Source: Octopus vulgaris (Eukaryota). From it: 64,000 bases of DNA. The position numbers and the translations under genes were made by a program. Where the stretch lies: the NCBI GenBank assembly GCA_951406725.2, contig OX597823.1, positions 53,754,001 through 53,818,000 on the forward strand, given 5' to 3'. Positions 1-11,822 of the stretch are shown here, one piece after another. Every line of letters begins with the position of its first letter. Position 1 is the stretch's first letter. The notes below the pieces were generated by a model. That model saw nothing but the letters and a program-made list of their open reading frames with translations. It had not been told where the DNA came from and did no database searches.

Positions 1-1079
1 TTTAATGAAACTAATGGTGTGGGAAGTGATAGTTTTGGAGGAGATTTACGTAGTGTGCAGATTTACGTAGTGTGGAGTTGGATACAAAGCGAGTGGGAAA
101 TCTAGAGATTTTTTTTCCTGCAGGAGTACTACTTACGGAACCATCATGCTTGAGAAGAAGCGTGAAGGATAGTTCCACGAAAATGGAAGCGATCTTTTGA
201 TAAGGGATCAAAACGATCAGCTGCAACTCCGTAGGAAAGAGGACTTGCAGTCTGTGTGATGCATTACGGCATCCTTTACATTTCGGATGATGGTCTTATT
301 GGAGTAGCTGTGTTGTGTAAAAGCCGTCCAGTTTGTAGGATGGTGTTATTTTAGCGTGTTTCGATTAAACGTAACAGCGAGTTCATTAATGTATAGAATA
401 CATTGAGGGACACAAAAGATGATTAAATCTAGGTCATCAATACTAGAAGGAGGTTTTGAAAAACGAAGCAAGAAAGGAGAAAGGGGAAGGACAAAAGAAC
501 AAAAAAGAATGAGGATGATATATGGTAATGATTTGTGTAGAAACTGGGAAAGCTGGGATCGATACAGTTTCAGTAAAATAGAGGATGGTTATTATGATGA
601 GGTGAAATAATTAGGCAGACCATCAACTAATTCTGATTAGTTTTTGGCGAAAATATTTGAAGAACCAAAACAAACCGAACGAGTGATGCCAAGATAAATT
701 AAATATTAAACTGACCCCAGTAGTAAAAGGTGAAAATTGGAAAACACTTCTCAGAGACAAAGTGTAGGTGGTAATTTGTTAATCAAATTTATGAATATAA
801 AATGACTGCATAAATATAGCAAAAATACTGTGGGTTCTTTGTTTTGTTTTGTTTTTGAATGTTTGTTTTTGTTTTGTTTTTGTTTGTTTTTGTTTGTTTT
901 TGTTTCTATTTTGTTTTGTTTTTGCCCTCCAGCATTGATAAAACAAATTCCAGTCACAAGATAAGTTGCCAGAAAATCTGGTACGTGACCCGGTTTCGAT
1001 TCTTAGCTGAAGACAATTTTGTTTCCTTAATGTGTTAATAATTTTGTAGAAGTTTCAACATCACAAAATATATCTCATC

Positions 1080-1315
1080 AATCGTTAGCACACCGGGCAA
1101 ATTGCTTAGCGTGGCAGAATCGTTAGCACGCCGAGCAAAATGCTTAGCGGCATTTCGTCCTCCTTTACATTCTGAGTTCAAATTCCGCTGTGGTCCGTTT
1201 TGCCTTTCGTCCCTTTCCAGATCGATAGGACAAGTACCAGTTAGCAATGGGGTCAACGTAATTGACTTAACCCATTTCACAAAATTGCTGGCCTTTAGCC
1301 AAACTTTTAAATCAA
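1080..1315 (+). mobile_element. Decayed tRNA-derived SINE, Meta-like family (family A)
   Basis: Head gcagaatcgttagcacgcc, B-box-like gagttcaaatt and core gcctttc..tcgata..aagtaccagt, all shared with many copies in the window. Confidence 0.75.
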
Positions 1316-1372
1316 TACATTTAATGTCTGATGTGCAGTCATAATAAATCACTGTTATTTTATACAAGCATG

Positions 1373-1635
1373 CAGTGGCGGCACGTAGATAAAATTAGTG
1401 GGGGCGCTGCTTCAGAAAATTTTTAGCCATTGTTTTAATATTGTGAAATAGACATAAAAAGAATATTTTATACATAAATTTGGTTGGTTCGCGTTTTAGC
1501 CACTACTGAGTGGTGTGTTTAATTTGTTCACAGAACACCGCTGCGAATTCCCCCTTGTTTTTCAAAAATCCCCGCTAAATCACAAAATAAGGGGAGAAAA
1601 TCTACCCTATTTTTCAAATCCTGGCAGCTACACTG
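1373..1635. mobile_element. Possible non-autonomous TIR element (hAT-like MITE)
   Basis: Starts cagtggcggc and ends gcagctacactg (imperfect short TIR); no clear TSD. Confidence 0.35.
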
Positions 1636-1685
1636 AAGTCGGAAGCAGGATAATAATTTAATTCTACACTTTATACATTCAAGAA

Positions 1686-2074
1686 AGGCGGCGAGCTGGC
1701 AAAAACGTTAGCACGCCGGGTGAAATGCGTGCTTCGTCTGCCGTTACGTTCTGAGTTCAAATTCCACCAAGGTCGACTTTGCCTTTCATCCTTTCGGGGT
1801 CGATAAATTAAGTACCAGTTACGCACTGGGGTCGATATAATCGACTTAATCCGTTTGTCTGTCCTTGTTTGCCCTCTCTGTGTTTAGCCCCTTGTGGGTA
1901 GTAAAGAAATAAGTATTTTGTCTGTCTTATGGCTCTGAGCTCAAATTCCGCCGAGGTCCACTTCGCCTTTCATCCTTTCGGGGTCGATAAATTAAGTACC
2001 AGCTGCGTACTGAGGTCGATCTAATCGACTAGCACCCTCCCCCAAAACTTCGAGCATTGTGCTTAGAGTAGAAG
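1686..2074 (+). mobile_element. Complete dimeric family A SINE with TSD
   Basis: Head ggcggcgagctggc; two copies of gagttcaaattcc..gcctttcatcctttcggggtcgataaattaagtaccag; 16-bp TSD tttatacatt(c/g)aagaa at 1670-1685 and 2075-2090. Confidence 0.9.
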
Positions 2075-2557
2075 TTTATACATTGAAGAATATAAACACG
2101 TTTTTAAGCAGAATACACGCGGTGTCAAAAAGAAACATTACCTTTCGCCGGCACTGCGAGAACGACAGTGTTCTCTTTCTCTAACGTGAAGCTTCCTATC
2201 TCGGACATGCGAGCATATATGCACGACAGTCAAACACCGCGTCACTGGAACTGTGAAGCGCACAGTTCTATACAAAGATTTTTGTATTTTTTTTTTTTCA
2301 TAAACTAAGGGATGGCTACTGACATTAAACTTAAGGATTATATAATGTACAAGTATAAAGATAGAATTAACGAAAAAAGGACTCATTATATTGAATGTTA
2401 TCGATAATATCGAGTGGAAATAAGGGTGCTGCAGTTCTGCAGTACCTATACAAAGAGCCACCACTGCAAGCATGATTGATGGAATCAACTTCTTTATTCT
2501 TTCTAATCAAAGAAACTTATCTATGAGCGGTTATAGTTTATCTTCAACGTAAGAGAT

Positions 2558-2730
2558 AGGTGTAGCTTTATGGTGAGAAGTTTGCTTCGAAGCTATATGG
2601 TTCCAAGGTTTCGATTCCAAATCGTGACACCTTGGGAAAGTGTCTTCTACTATAGCCCCAGGCCGCCCAAAACCTTGTGAAGGAATTTGGTAGATGGCAA
2701 CTACGAAGAAGCCCATCGTGTGTGTGTGTG

Positions 2731-2773
<43 letters not shown>

Positions 2774-3290
2774 GTATGTATATATATATCATATGTATGT
2801 TATTATAATTATTAGTTTAATAAATATATAAGTTAACATTTTTAACTAAAGTTGATGAACCAACTATTGTTCTCCATTTTTGCAATATAAATTAATGGTA
2901 AAATATCTCTTTACCTTCACCTATTTAGTACACTAGGTAATGTAATTGCAATGCAAAAAAAAACACTTGTGTATTAATAATTGGGTATTCTACCAACTGT
3001 ATATTAGATAGATATTATCCCTTAGTGGGTTGGACTCACAACCCCTAACTTTCTTGGAGTTAATATATATCTATATATTTTTGTGTGTTTTTGTGTTTGT
3101 CCCCCGCCACCGCTTAACAACTGATGTTGATGTGTTTACGTCTCCGAAACTTAGCTGTTTCGAAAACAAAAGACCGATAGAATAACTATCAGGCTTTAAA
3201 ACAAGTAGTGGCGTCGATTTATTCGACTAAACTCTTCAATGCGGTAACCCCAGCATAGCCACAGGCCAATGACTGAAACAAATAAACGAT
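2558..3290 (+). mobile_element. tRNA-derived CORE-like SINE (family B), split by an insertion in its internal microsatellite
   Basis: Head and core ccttggg(c/a)aagtgtcttctactatagcc at 2558-2720, then (TG)/(TA), foreign DNA at ~2800-3062, then the 3' half ending aatgactgaaacaaataaa. Confidence 0.85.
2800..3062 (+). mobile_element. Penelope-like terminal unit inserted in (TA)n
   Basis: Colinear with 41320-41580 (tttaccttcacc; taattgca; atccc.tagtgggtt..actca.aacccct); TA repeats on both sides. Confidence 0.55.
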
Positions 3291-3407
3291 ATGAACGCAT
3301 AGAATTGATCTCTGATGTTGCCTTTTCTATATCCATAGGAAAGAAGATTTCAAGTCAGTTTTTCAAACTAACGAAATATTTGTTAATTACACAGCAGCTA
3401 TAGAACC

Positions 3408-3827
3408 TATTTCTTTATTAGGTCACAAGGGGCTAAACATAGAGGGGACAAGCATGGACAGACATAGGTATTAAGTCGATTATATCGACCCCAGTGCTTA
3501 ACTGGTACTTAATTTATCGACCCCGAAAGGATGAAAGGCAAAGTCGACCTCGGCGGAATTTGAACTCACAACGTAACGCAGCCGAAATACCTATTTCTTT
3601 ATTACCCACAAGGAGCTAAACGTAGAGGGGACAAACAAGGACAGACATAGGTATTAAGTCGATTACATCGACCCCAGTGCGTAACTGGTACTTAATTTAT
3701 CGACCCTGAAAGGATGAAAGGCAAAGTCGACCTCGGCGGAATTTGAACTCACAACGTAACAACAGACGAAATACGGCTACGCATTTCGCCCGGCGTGCTA
3801 ACGTTTCTGCAAGCTCGCCGCCTTCTT
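3408..3827 (-). mobile_element. Family A SINE with two tandem ~185-bp body units
   Basis: Two near-identical cctatttctttatta...gaactcacaacgtaac units plus one head; TSD cagctatagaacc at 3395-3407 and 3828-3840. Confidence 0.9.
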
Positions 3828-4193
3828 CAGCTATAGAACCATTTACTCTTAATTACTAGGGTTGCAAGACAGCTTTGTTTATGAATAAATAATTATACGG
3901 AGTAAAATTCTGTTTGCTTACCCTCAGTAAAATCTGGTCTCACGGGGACCTTTACGACAGTTTCAGACAAAGTTCAAAATGACCGGTTCTATTTTTATTC
4001 AACAATTTTACTGATTTCCGCTTCTCAAGATACTTTGAGATAATAGTAGAAGGCTATTTATTGAAAAGCAAATAAGAATGTGCCTTGATATTACTCATCT
4101 ATAAAATAATTCCGCCACGGACATTGTATATAACGCTTAACAACTATACAATGATATCGAAGACCTAAACTATATGACAAGACATTTATAGTA

Positions 4194-5121
4194 CAGTTGA
4201 GAATCCCTTATCCAAAATTCCTGAGCCCGTAAGTGTGAAGATTTGGGAACTTTTCGGATTTCGGAATATTTATATATTTCTATCTTTAAAATAGAATAGC
4301 TTGGGGATGGGACCCAAAGCTAAACACAGCATTTTTTTACATTTCGTAAAATAGCTTAGACATATACCATGGATGTAATTTTATTAATTTTTTATAATTT
4401 TTTTATTCATAATACCATCAGAAAGGTAAGATAACAGTCTCTATCGACAATATCATGTTTTGATTACAAGTTTGCAGTACACATACGCTTTTTTATATTG
4501 CACTGTACAGATATTAGGTTTTATGTAATATATAAAACTACAGCATTGATTATGATTAATAAATGATAAAATAAACGCGCCCTTTTAAAGCCTAGTCAGA
4601 CTCATGGGCCCGGTTTCAATGGCGTATGTGTTCCCCAGCTGGACGGGACGCCAGTCCATCGCAGCGTTATTCATTTTTGCCAGCTGAGTGGACTGGAGCA
4701 ACGTGAAATGAAGTGTTTTGCTCAAGAACACAACGCGTCGCCCGGTCCAGGAATCGAAACCACAATCTTACGATCATGATGTTGACACCCTAACCACTAA
4801 GCCACGTGCTTCCACATGATTATGATTACTAGCGTGTAAAATTAAAACTGAAGAAAAAGTCAGCTTTTCTTTTTAAAGTAGTGTACAAGTAACGATGCTA
4901 GCCGTGTTACATTTGTACATGGAGGTAAAATTCAGATCCCACGTAAAAATAACATTTTGTGCTTACTGTACAAAAGCAAAACATGATGATCCTACTTATA
5001 GAATCATGTCATCACGGTGCACGAAAGCTGGACTTGATGGAACTTTCCAAATATTTTATGGAATTTCTATTTGTGGCGTGTTATTCGGATTCAGGAATTT
5101 CGGATAAAGGATTTTCAACTG
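4194..5121. mobile_element. Non-autonomous pogo/Tigger-type DNA transposon (Tigger4/MER46-like)
   Basis: ~31-bp TIRs CAGTTGAGAATCCCTTATCCAAAATTCCTGA and CAGTTGAAAATCCTTTATCCGAAATTCCTGA (right end reverse-complemented); TA at the left flank; internal ttcggattt repeats. Confidence 0.8.
4559..4816 (-). mobile_element. tRNA-derived V-domain-like SINE (family D) nested in the Tigger-like element
   Basis: Minus-strand head tggcttagtggttaggg..gtttcgattcc and V-like ttgtgttcttgagcaaaacactt; 12-bp TSD tgattatgatta at 4547-4558 and 4817-4828. Confidence 0.88.
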
Positions 5122-5270
5122 TGTTCATACCACTGATAAGGTTGATCGATGTAAAACATTAACACACACATACACACATAGTTCAAATTTACAGAAAGCA
5201 AAGGACGAAAACAGGTGAGGGGACAACATGCAGGTGTGTATTAATTTGACGCTCGGGAAGAATGGAAAAG

Positions 5271-5306
5271 TCTTTGATGTTTCAAGCCTACGCTCTTCAG
5301 AAAAGA
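5271..5306 (-). ncRNA. Compact hammerhead-like motif in a ~170-bp repeat (5180-5350)
   Basis: Minus strand reads tctttt CTGAAGA gc gtag gc tt GAAA c ATC aaaga; homologous to 58362-58399 and 58726-58763. Confidence 0.5.
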
Positions 5307-5444
5307 CTGAGAAGAAAAAAATGGAGTGAGAACAAAAAAAAAGCCTTCTGGCATGGGAACTGGAGGCAGTTGCCCAGGAGCCGCAGAGATAAAACTATAG
5401 ATAATTGCGTGTAAATACTAGATTTTAAAATCCCTTGGATAGAA

Positions 5445-5525
5445 AAGTCGAATGCTACCCTCAGAACACGAACCCACAGGTCCTGCAAACACAACAGATG
5501 TTCTACCATTGGACCAGAGCAATAC
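5445..5525 (-). pseudogene. tRNA-like relic or SINE head (a second relic lies at ~5718-5775)
   Basis: Minus strand tggtccaatggtaga (A-box-like), tctgt/gcagg anticodon-like stem, gggttcgtgt (B-box-like); cloverleaf imperfect. Confidence 0.4.
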
Positions 5526-5664
5526 TCTGAATTTCTCTATCTATTTTAGAAATTTTAATTAACATCACAGGAACCTAGAAAATTCGAGAACATGAAATAA
5601 TTCTTTTGTGGAAGGCTGAATCTCGAAGCAAATAAAACTATAAATAATAGAGTATAAATATTGG

Positions 5665-5698
<34 letters not shown>

Positions 5699-6697
5699 CT
5701 TTGATTAGAAAAGTTGAAAGCTGCCCGTGGGACACGAACCTATATTTCCTGTAAACATGACAGGCGTCCTATCTATATTTCTTAATTAAACAGCGATTAT
5801 ATAAAGCCAAATTACATAGAACCATTTCAAGTTGATGGAAGTTTAGTTTATCACAAGCTGAATCACCCCAGTTGGTAGATATACAAACCAGGCAGAATGA
5901 CACGCAACATATAAATTAATAACCTCAGTCATTCAGTCACTTATTCTACATAGGTCTCTCCTTCCAGCTCTCTCTCTCTCTCTCCCTCTCTCTCTCCCTC
6001 TCTCTCTCCCTCTCTCTCTCTGTATATGTCATGTGAGTATGCATATATGCGTATTTGTGTTTATGCATGCGTGTTCGTGGTGTATGTGTGTCAAAAAGAA
6101 ATCGGTCAATACATCAATACATCGGTCAAACAATCAATACATGTCGAACAGCAATCAAGTGAAGCATGTGTCTACAATAAATTACTGCTGTTTCTGCTAC
6201 TGTTGCTGATGCCATTGTAGCTGGTTCCTGCTTCTGTTGCTGTTACTTACTGCTGATGTCTGTGTTGCTTAGCTTCTGGTCATCGACGGTTATTACGCAA
6301 GATATTTGATCAAATGCGTTTCAACCATAACAATCCAGTCTTTTTATATTTACAGCTATATTGTCCATTGTGTCCTTGTAAGCTTTGATTTTAAAGGAGA
6401 TTTGGTAACTTTTTCTAGCCGGTCGAATGACCACAGAGCAGTTCTGTTGTTGACTAGTGTACAATTAATTATTGATACGTGTATGATATAGCTTCATCAT
6501 AGAAATCACAGAAAGCTGCTGTTGTCGTATACGTGTATGTTCAGGAATACATCGTTGTTAAGATATGTATATGTTACTATTCATACACAGACTGACAGGT
6601 AGACAGGTAGATAGGTAGATACATTCCAACATACAAACAAACCTACATACTTGTAGATAGATATAATTTGTGTATATTATCCGTGTATCTGAGTATA

Positions 6698-7044
6698 TAC
6701 TCTATACTCTTACTCTTACTCTTTTACTTGTTTCAGTCATTTGACTGCGGCAAATCGACCCCGGGACTTATTCTTTGTAAGCCCAGTACTTATTCTATCG
6801 GTCTTTTTTTTAAGTTACGGGGACGTCAAGCGATGTAGGGGGGACAAACACAGACACCCAAACATATACACACATACATATATATATATACATATATACG
6901 ACAGGCTTCTTTCAGTTTCCACAAGGCATTGGTCGGCCCGGGGCTATAGCAGAAGACACTTGCCCAAGAAGCCACGCAGTGGGACTGAACCCGGAACCAT
7001 GTGGTTGGTAAGCAAGCTACTTACCACACAGCCACTCCTGCGCC
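6698..7044 (-). mobile_element. Family B CORE-like SINE with internal deletions
   Basis: Head ggcgcaggagtggctgtgtggtaag, core, internal TA/CA tract and aaagagtaagagt tail on the minus strand. Confidence 0.88.
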
Positions 7045-7180
7045 TTTATGTATGTCTGTATGTATGTGTGTATTATATTTATATATGTGTGTATTTGTGT
7101 TTGTGTGTTATATACATACAAATATATAAAGAGAGAGGGAGAGAGGCAGAGAGAGATATACATATATGCATTTATATTTG

Positions 7181-7230
<50 letters not shown>

Positions 7231-7233
<3 letters not shown>

Positions 7234-7541
7234 AGGCGCAATGACCCAGTGGTTGGGACAGCGGACTCGCGATCGTAGGACCGCGGTTTCGATTCACAGA
7301 ACGGGCGTTGTGAGTGTTTATTGAGCGAAAACACCTAAAGCTCCACGAGGCTTCGGCAGCGGGTGGTGGCGATCCCTGCTGTACTCTTTCACCACGACTT
7401 TCTCTCACGCTTTCTTCTGTTGCCCTGCTCTCTTAGCCAGCAGGATGGCGTCATTTGAAGGCTAAAAGAATGCGAAGCGCATTGTGACCAGCGATGTATA
7501 GCAACATCTGATAGCCTGGTCGGTCACGATGATCACGGTGA
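7231..7541 (+). mobile_element. tRNA-derived SINE (family C)
   Basis: A-box tgacccagtgg, B-box-like gtttcgattc, tail tcacgatgatcacggtga; sits between (TG)n and (TA)n. Confidence 0.75.
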
Positions 7542-7570
7542 TATATATATAATATATCTATAACAATTAA

Positions 7571-7904
7571 AAATGAGGGTGTCTGAGAGACACCAACATG
7601 CCGAAATAGCAGTCGAAATTCTGACTATAAAAACCACGTTAAGTGTTCATATCGTACCATGAGACAGTATATCGTTTGTTCTGCATATATATATCTGTAT
7701 TTATGTACCCTTGATATATTCAATTGATGACGGTAAAGCTTATTTAAAGCAAAACCTGGATCTTGAATTATTCAATAACTTTTGCTTGTATATTTTGTCC
7801 CTCTGTCTTATCTCATGGTACGATATGAACACTTAACGTGGTTTTTATAGTCAGAATTTCGACTGCTATTTCGGCATGTTGGTGTCTCTCAGACACCCTC
7901 ATTT
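7571..7904. repeat. Perfect 94-bp inverted repeat with 146-bp spacer
   Basis: 7571-7664 is the exact reverse complement of 7811-7904; TA tracts flank it. Confidence 0.95.
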
Positions 7905-7930
7905 GATACTTAAATATCGATATTATCCTC

Positions 7931-7978
<48 letters not shown>

Positions 7979-8526
7979 GTATATATGGGTATATATATGT
8001 GTATCTATGTATGTGTACAAATAATACACACACACATATATATCCCACTAAAAGTGGAAGTTTGGCTAGGACACAGAATACTACGCTATTTACCATGAGA
8101 GGATCTATTATATGGGCTTGTGTAGGATAAAATCACTCGTGTTTAAATCGCTGATGGGCGATAACCGTCCGCTACGGCTACCGGAACTGCCAGATAACGT
8201 GATCTCACCGTTGTTTAGGCTTCTAAAATATAAACGTCCAGCTAGACATAGCAGTCGATTCCTCCATCAGCGACACATATAAAAATCTCATTGTCTAATG
8301 AGGCATTGGTGTCGCAAATAGCCAGTGGCCTTATTGAAAATAATTGCTAGTAACGGAAGCAGTATTAAAACCAAAAGGTAATATTTATCTCCCATTAAAA
8401 GTGGAGGTTGTGTTAGAACATGAAATACACCACGAGAGGACCTCTCTTATGGGCTTGTGGAGTATAAAAGCACTAGCGTTTATATCGCTATACACACACA
8501 CACATATATATATATGTATATCTATG

Positions 8527-8646
<120 letters not shown>

Positions 8647-8649
8647 ATA

Positions 8650-8780
8650 AACCTTTACATATATAAATAACGTGAAATACACGAAGGGACGAACATAAGA
8701 GACAGACGGGTCATTCAAAGCCTTCGTTCTTCAGTCAGAAACCGATTCGTCATCGCAAATTTCGGCTGTTTAATTCTGAG
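8650..8780. repeat. Dispersed ~125-bp repeat in TA tracts (second copy at 32722-32843)
   Basis: aacctttacata..aataacgtgaaatacacgaagggacgaac..tcttcagtcagaaac..atttcggctgttta present at both loci. Confidence 0.8.
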
Positions 8781-9657
8781 ATCTGTGTGTGTGTGTGTGT
8801 GTGTGTGTATGTCTGTGTGTGTGTGTGTGTATGAATGTGTATGAATGTATATGTATATGAATATATATATGTATATATATATATATGTATATATATATAT
8901 GTATATAAATATGTGTGTGTGTGTATGAACACGCATACCTAATGAGTGTTCGAGATTGCTCATATCCCTCGAGTTGTAATCATATAGACAGACAGATAGA
9001 TAGATGGAGAGAGAGGGAGAGAAAGAAAGAGAGAGAGAGAGAGAGAGTCAACAGATGAGATCCAGAGAATACACTCTGTAGCGCTCAAATGATTCAAACT
9101 TAAACTCCGATGTCTTTACGAGGGACCAATTCCGCGGGATAAAGAATAGCTATAAGTGGAATCAAGTTGTACATACATTCATATTATAGAGGTAAGGCCT
9201 TTACATTGTATGTATAGTTATATTTGTACCAGTGACCTATATCGTTTGTTTGTCTCCGTCACCACTCCAGCAGCTTTTTGCTGTTAACGCCACCAAAATG
9301 AACAATATTATCATTAAAGGCGTGAAACCGTTATGATTTTTGGACGATAAGTGATGGGAGGAGGAGAGCATGTCCACGTCGTATGTGATTTTTTCCATGT
9401 CGTCCTTCTGTCCAATTTTCGAATATCTATCTTTGTATCAATGTGTATGTATTTGTGTGCGGATGGATGGATGGATGGATGGACCACACATTCATATCTT
9501 GTTAATACTGCTTGTTAAAATTTATCCCTGAATCTGATGATCCAAATGAAAAGGAAACAGACTGCACTTTCTAAATAAGACTTTACTTCTCGTCTTCACA
9601 ATCTGGCGCTTCAAATTACAATAATTAAGCAACGACGGTTATCCTTAATAATATAAT

Positions 9658-10010
9658 GAAGAGGTGGAGGAGACTCCCGTCGGTCATGAATGACCATGAG
9701 ATTGCACCTAGAAAGTTACCCTCCGAGGCACAAGTCCGAGCAATGTTGTTTGTGGACGGCCAGCAGTCGCCCATGCATATCAGCCTCCCCTCTCCACACC
9801 ATTGATGTTATCCAAGAGAAAGGTAAAGGCCGATACAGCTTGGCACCAGTGATGTCGTAAACTCATTTCTACAGCTGAGTTAACTGGAGCAACGTTAAAT
9901 AAAGTGTCTTGCTCAAGAACACAACACGCAGCCCGGTCCAGGAATCGAACTCACAACATCATGATCGTAAGCTCGACGCCCTAACCACTGAGTCATGCTC
10001 ATGCTCCTTC
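9658..10010 (-). mobile_element. Family D (V-like) SINE with an alternative 3' tail
   Basis: Same head and V core as 4559-4816 but a different tail; 7-bp TSD atataat at 9651-9657 and 10011-10017. Confidence 0.8.
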
Positions 10011-10189
10011 ATATAATATTACATAATCAAAATCTGACAAATGATAATCCAATCCATCAAAGAAAATGCAGTGGAAGTTCTATGACATGATGTAACTTTT
10101 CTGGACCAGTTGTGATCCTGCAGAAGAAATTATAGAGATTTCAAATATAAAGAGTCTAAAACCAGTGAGAATTAGTGTTGCGACGACTG

Positions 10190-10830
10190 GGATATTGGTC
10201 CTACCAGGAAAGTCTCACCAGAGTACTCTGCATGTTTGTAGAACATCATTAACACAAGTGGAGAAGCTTAAGTAGCTCGGAGCCGTATTCAAGAGTGATG
10301 GGAATCAGGAGACTGAATTGGATGCTAGAATTTCAGGTACTGGCATAGCAATGTGCCAGTTCCAACATTCAATCCTCAGAAGAGAAGTTAGTAAAAAAGC
10401 CAACCTCGCTATCTTCAGTTCAGTGTTCGTGTCTATCCTTGCCCATGGTCGTGAACGTTGTGCAATGACCGAAAAAATACAATCAAGGATACAAGTGTCA
10501 AAATGGGTTTCCTCAGAAGGATTTCTGCAGTAATATTACTCGACAGGGCACCTAGCTCGGAGATCAAGGAGTCTCTCCATGACCAATCAGGAGAATGTCA
10601 CAGGAAAGAATGGGATTCTTCAAGTTAAGCCAGCCGGCGGGAAACCGAAGGTTAGACCAAGAACTTGATGGTCAGATATCCATAGTCTCAGTTAGTCACG
10701 CTTGAGAATCCAGCTGGAAAGGTTTAATGACGGTTGCTTCTGATAGAGCCCTATGGAAGAGGGTTCTAAGAACTCTGACCCCACGACCATCTCAGGGATA
10801 GAGGACGAAGAAGATGGATAAATGGATGGA
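10190..10830 (+). mobile_element. 5'-truncated RTE-clade LINE (RT C-terminus and 3' end)
   Basis: QVEKLK*LGAVFKSDG..ELDARI..SKKANLAIFSSVFVSILAHGRERCAMTEKIQSRIQ; ends in a GATG-type tail. Confidence 0.85.
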
Positions 10831-11691
10831 ACCAATGAGAAAATATAAAAATAATAGTATGAGAGAATTCACGGTGTAGTATGTTAAACCCCTCAATTGC
10901 TGGACTTTCACTCAACAGTAGAGATCTGTTAATCTCAGATATTAAAGGAGACAGGCTATATTTGCCAATTATATAAAGAGTTAGCAAGCCATTTAAATCA
11001 AAGCTGATATGAGCATTAGCCAAACATTAATAGAACTGTGTTACAACAATAATTGGTTACGTGCTCTGTTTTAATGTTTGTAATTAGTATTTTTCTATGT
11101 AATTTTCAACGTATTGTCTTAACGCATTTCAGTTTAGTTCATTCAGTTATTGATGTTATTGAATTATTAATCCCTATTAAAGCGCCGCTGGAAATGATTC
11201 AGATTGTATTGAGGTGTCAAACTAGATTTATTTCTGATATCCATTTCGATGCCTCGCATTACTAAATTCAAATCCGTCTTTAGTCGATAAAATAAACACC
11301 ACTAATATACTGAAGTTTATTCATTCTACCATCCTGCTCTTTCTTAGGACATGGTAACTCGGTGAGCAAACAATGTTATTATAACTACATGTTAGTTAAA
11401 ACAAGTAAATGGATGCAAATAATAGGAAGTCTTTATTGATGTTTTATGATGTCACGTTCGTGTTTTGTTTTGTTTTGTTTGTTCTTGTAAGTGGTGTTTG
11501 TTTTTTCTTTTTGTTTTTGTTTATTTATTTATTCATTCATTCATTCAGAAATAGCTGTGTGTATAAAACATATATATTGGCTCGAAGAGAAATATATTTT
11601 GTTGGACTGCAAGTTCAAATCATGTTGGAGTCGAAATAGCCCTATGTCGTTTTCAAACGTTTCTGCCAGCTCGCCGCCTTTCCGAAGTCAC

Positions 11692-11822
11692 CTTTCTGCC
11701 AGCTCATTGATCCCATTTCTGATACCAGTTTTTGTCCTTTGAGGTGAAGAACTCCGTCACTGAAGCCTCCACCTCCGCTTTGTTGATGAAGCGTCGCGAG
11801 CGCAGGAAATGAGCCATGGATG
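11692..11822 (-). pseudogene. mariner transposase C-terminal fragment
   Basis: Minus strand SMAHFLRSRRFINKAEVEASVTEFFTSKDKNWYQK-GINELAER, a typical mariner C-terminus, with a frameshift. Confidence 0.75.

Noticed and set aside
1-740. Possible decayed L1/Tx1-like LINE on the minus strand (a YLGI-like word, strand asymmetry)
   Set aside because: No convincing run of motifs could be assembled by eye
5445-5775. Functional tRNA genes
   Set aside because: Acceptor and T stems are broken and the B-box is altered; treated as relics
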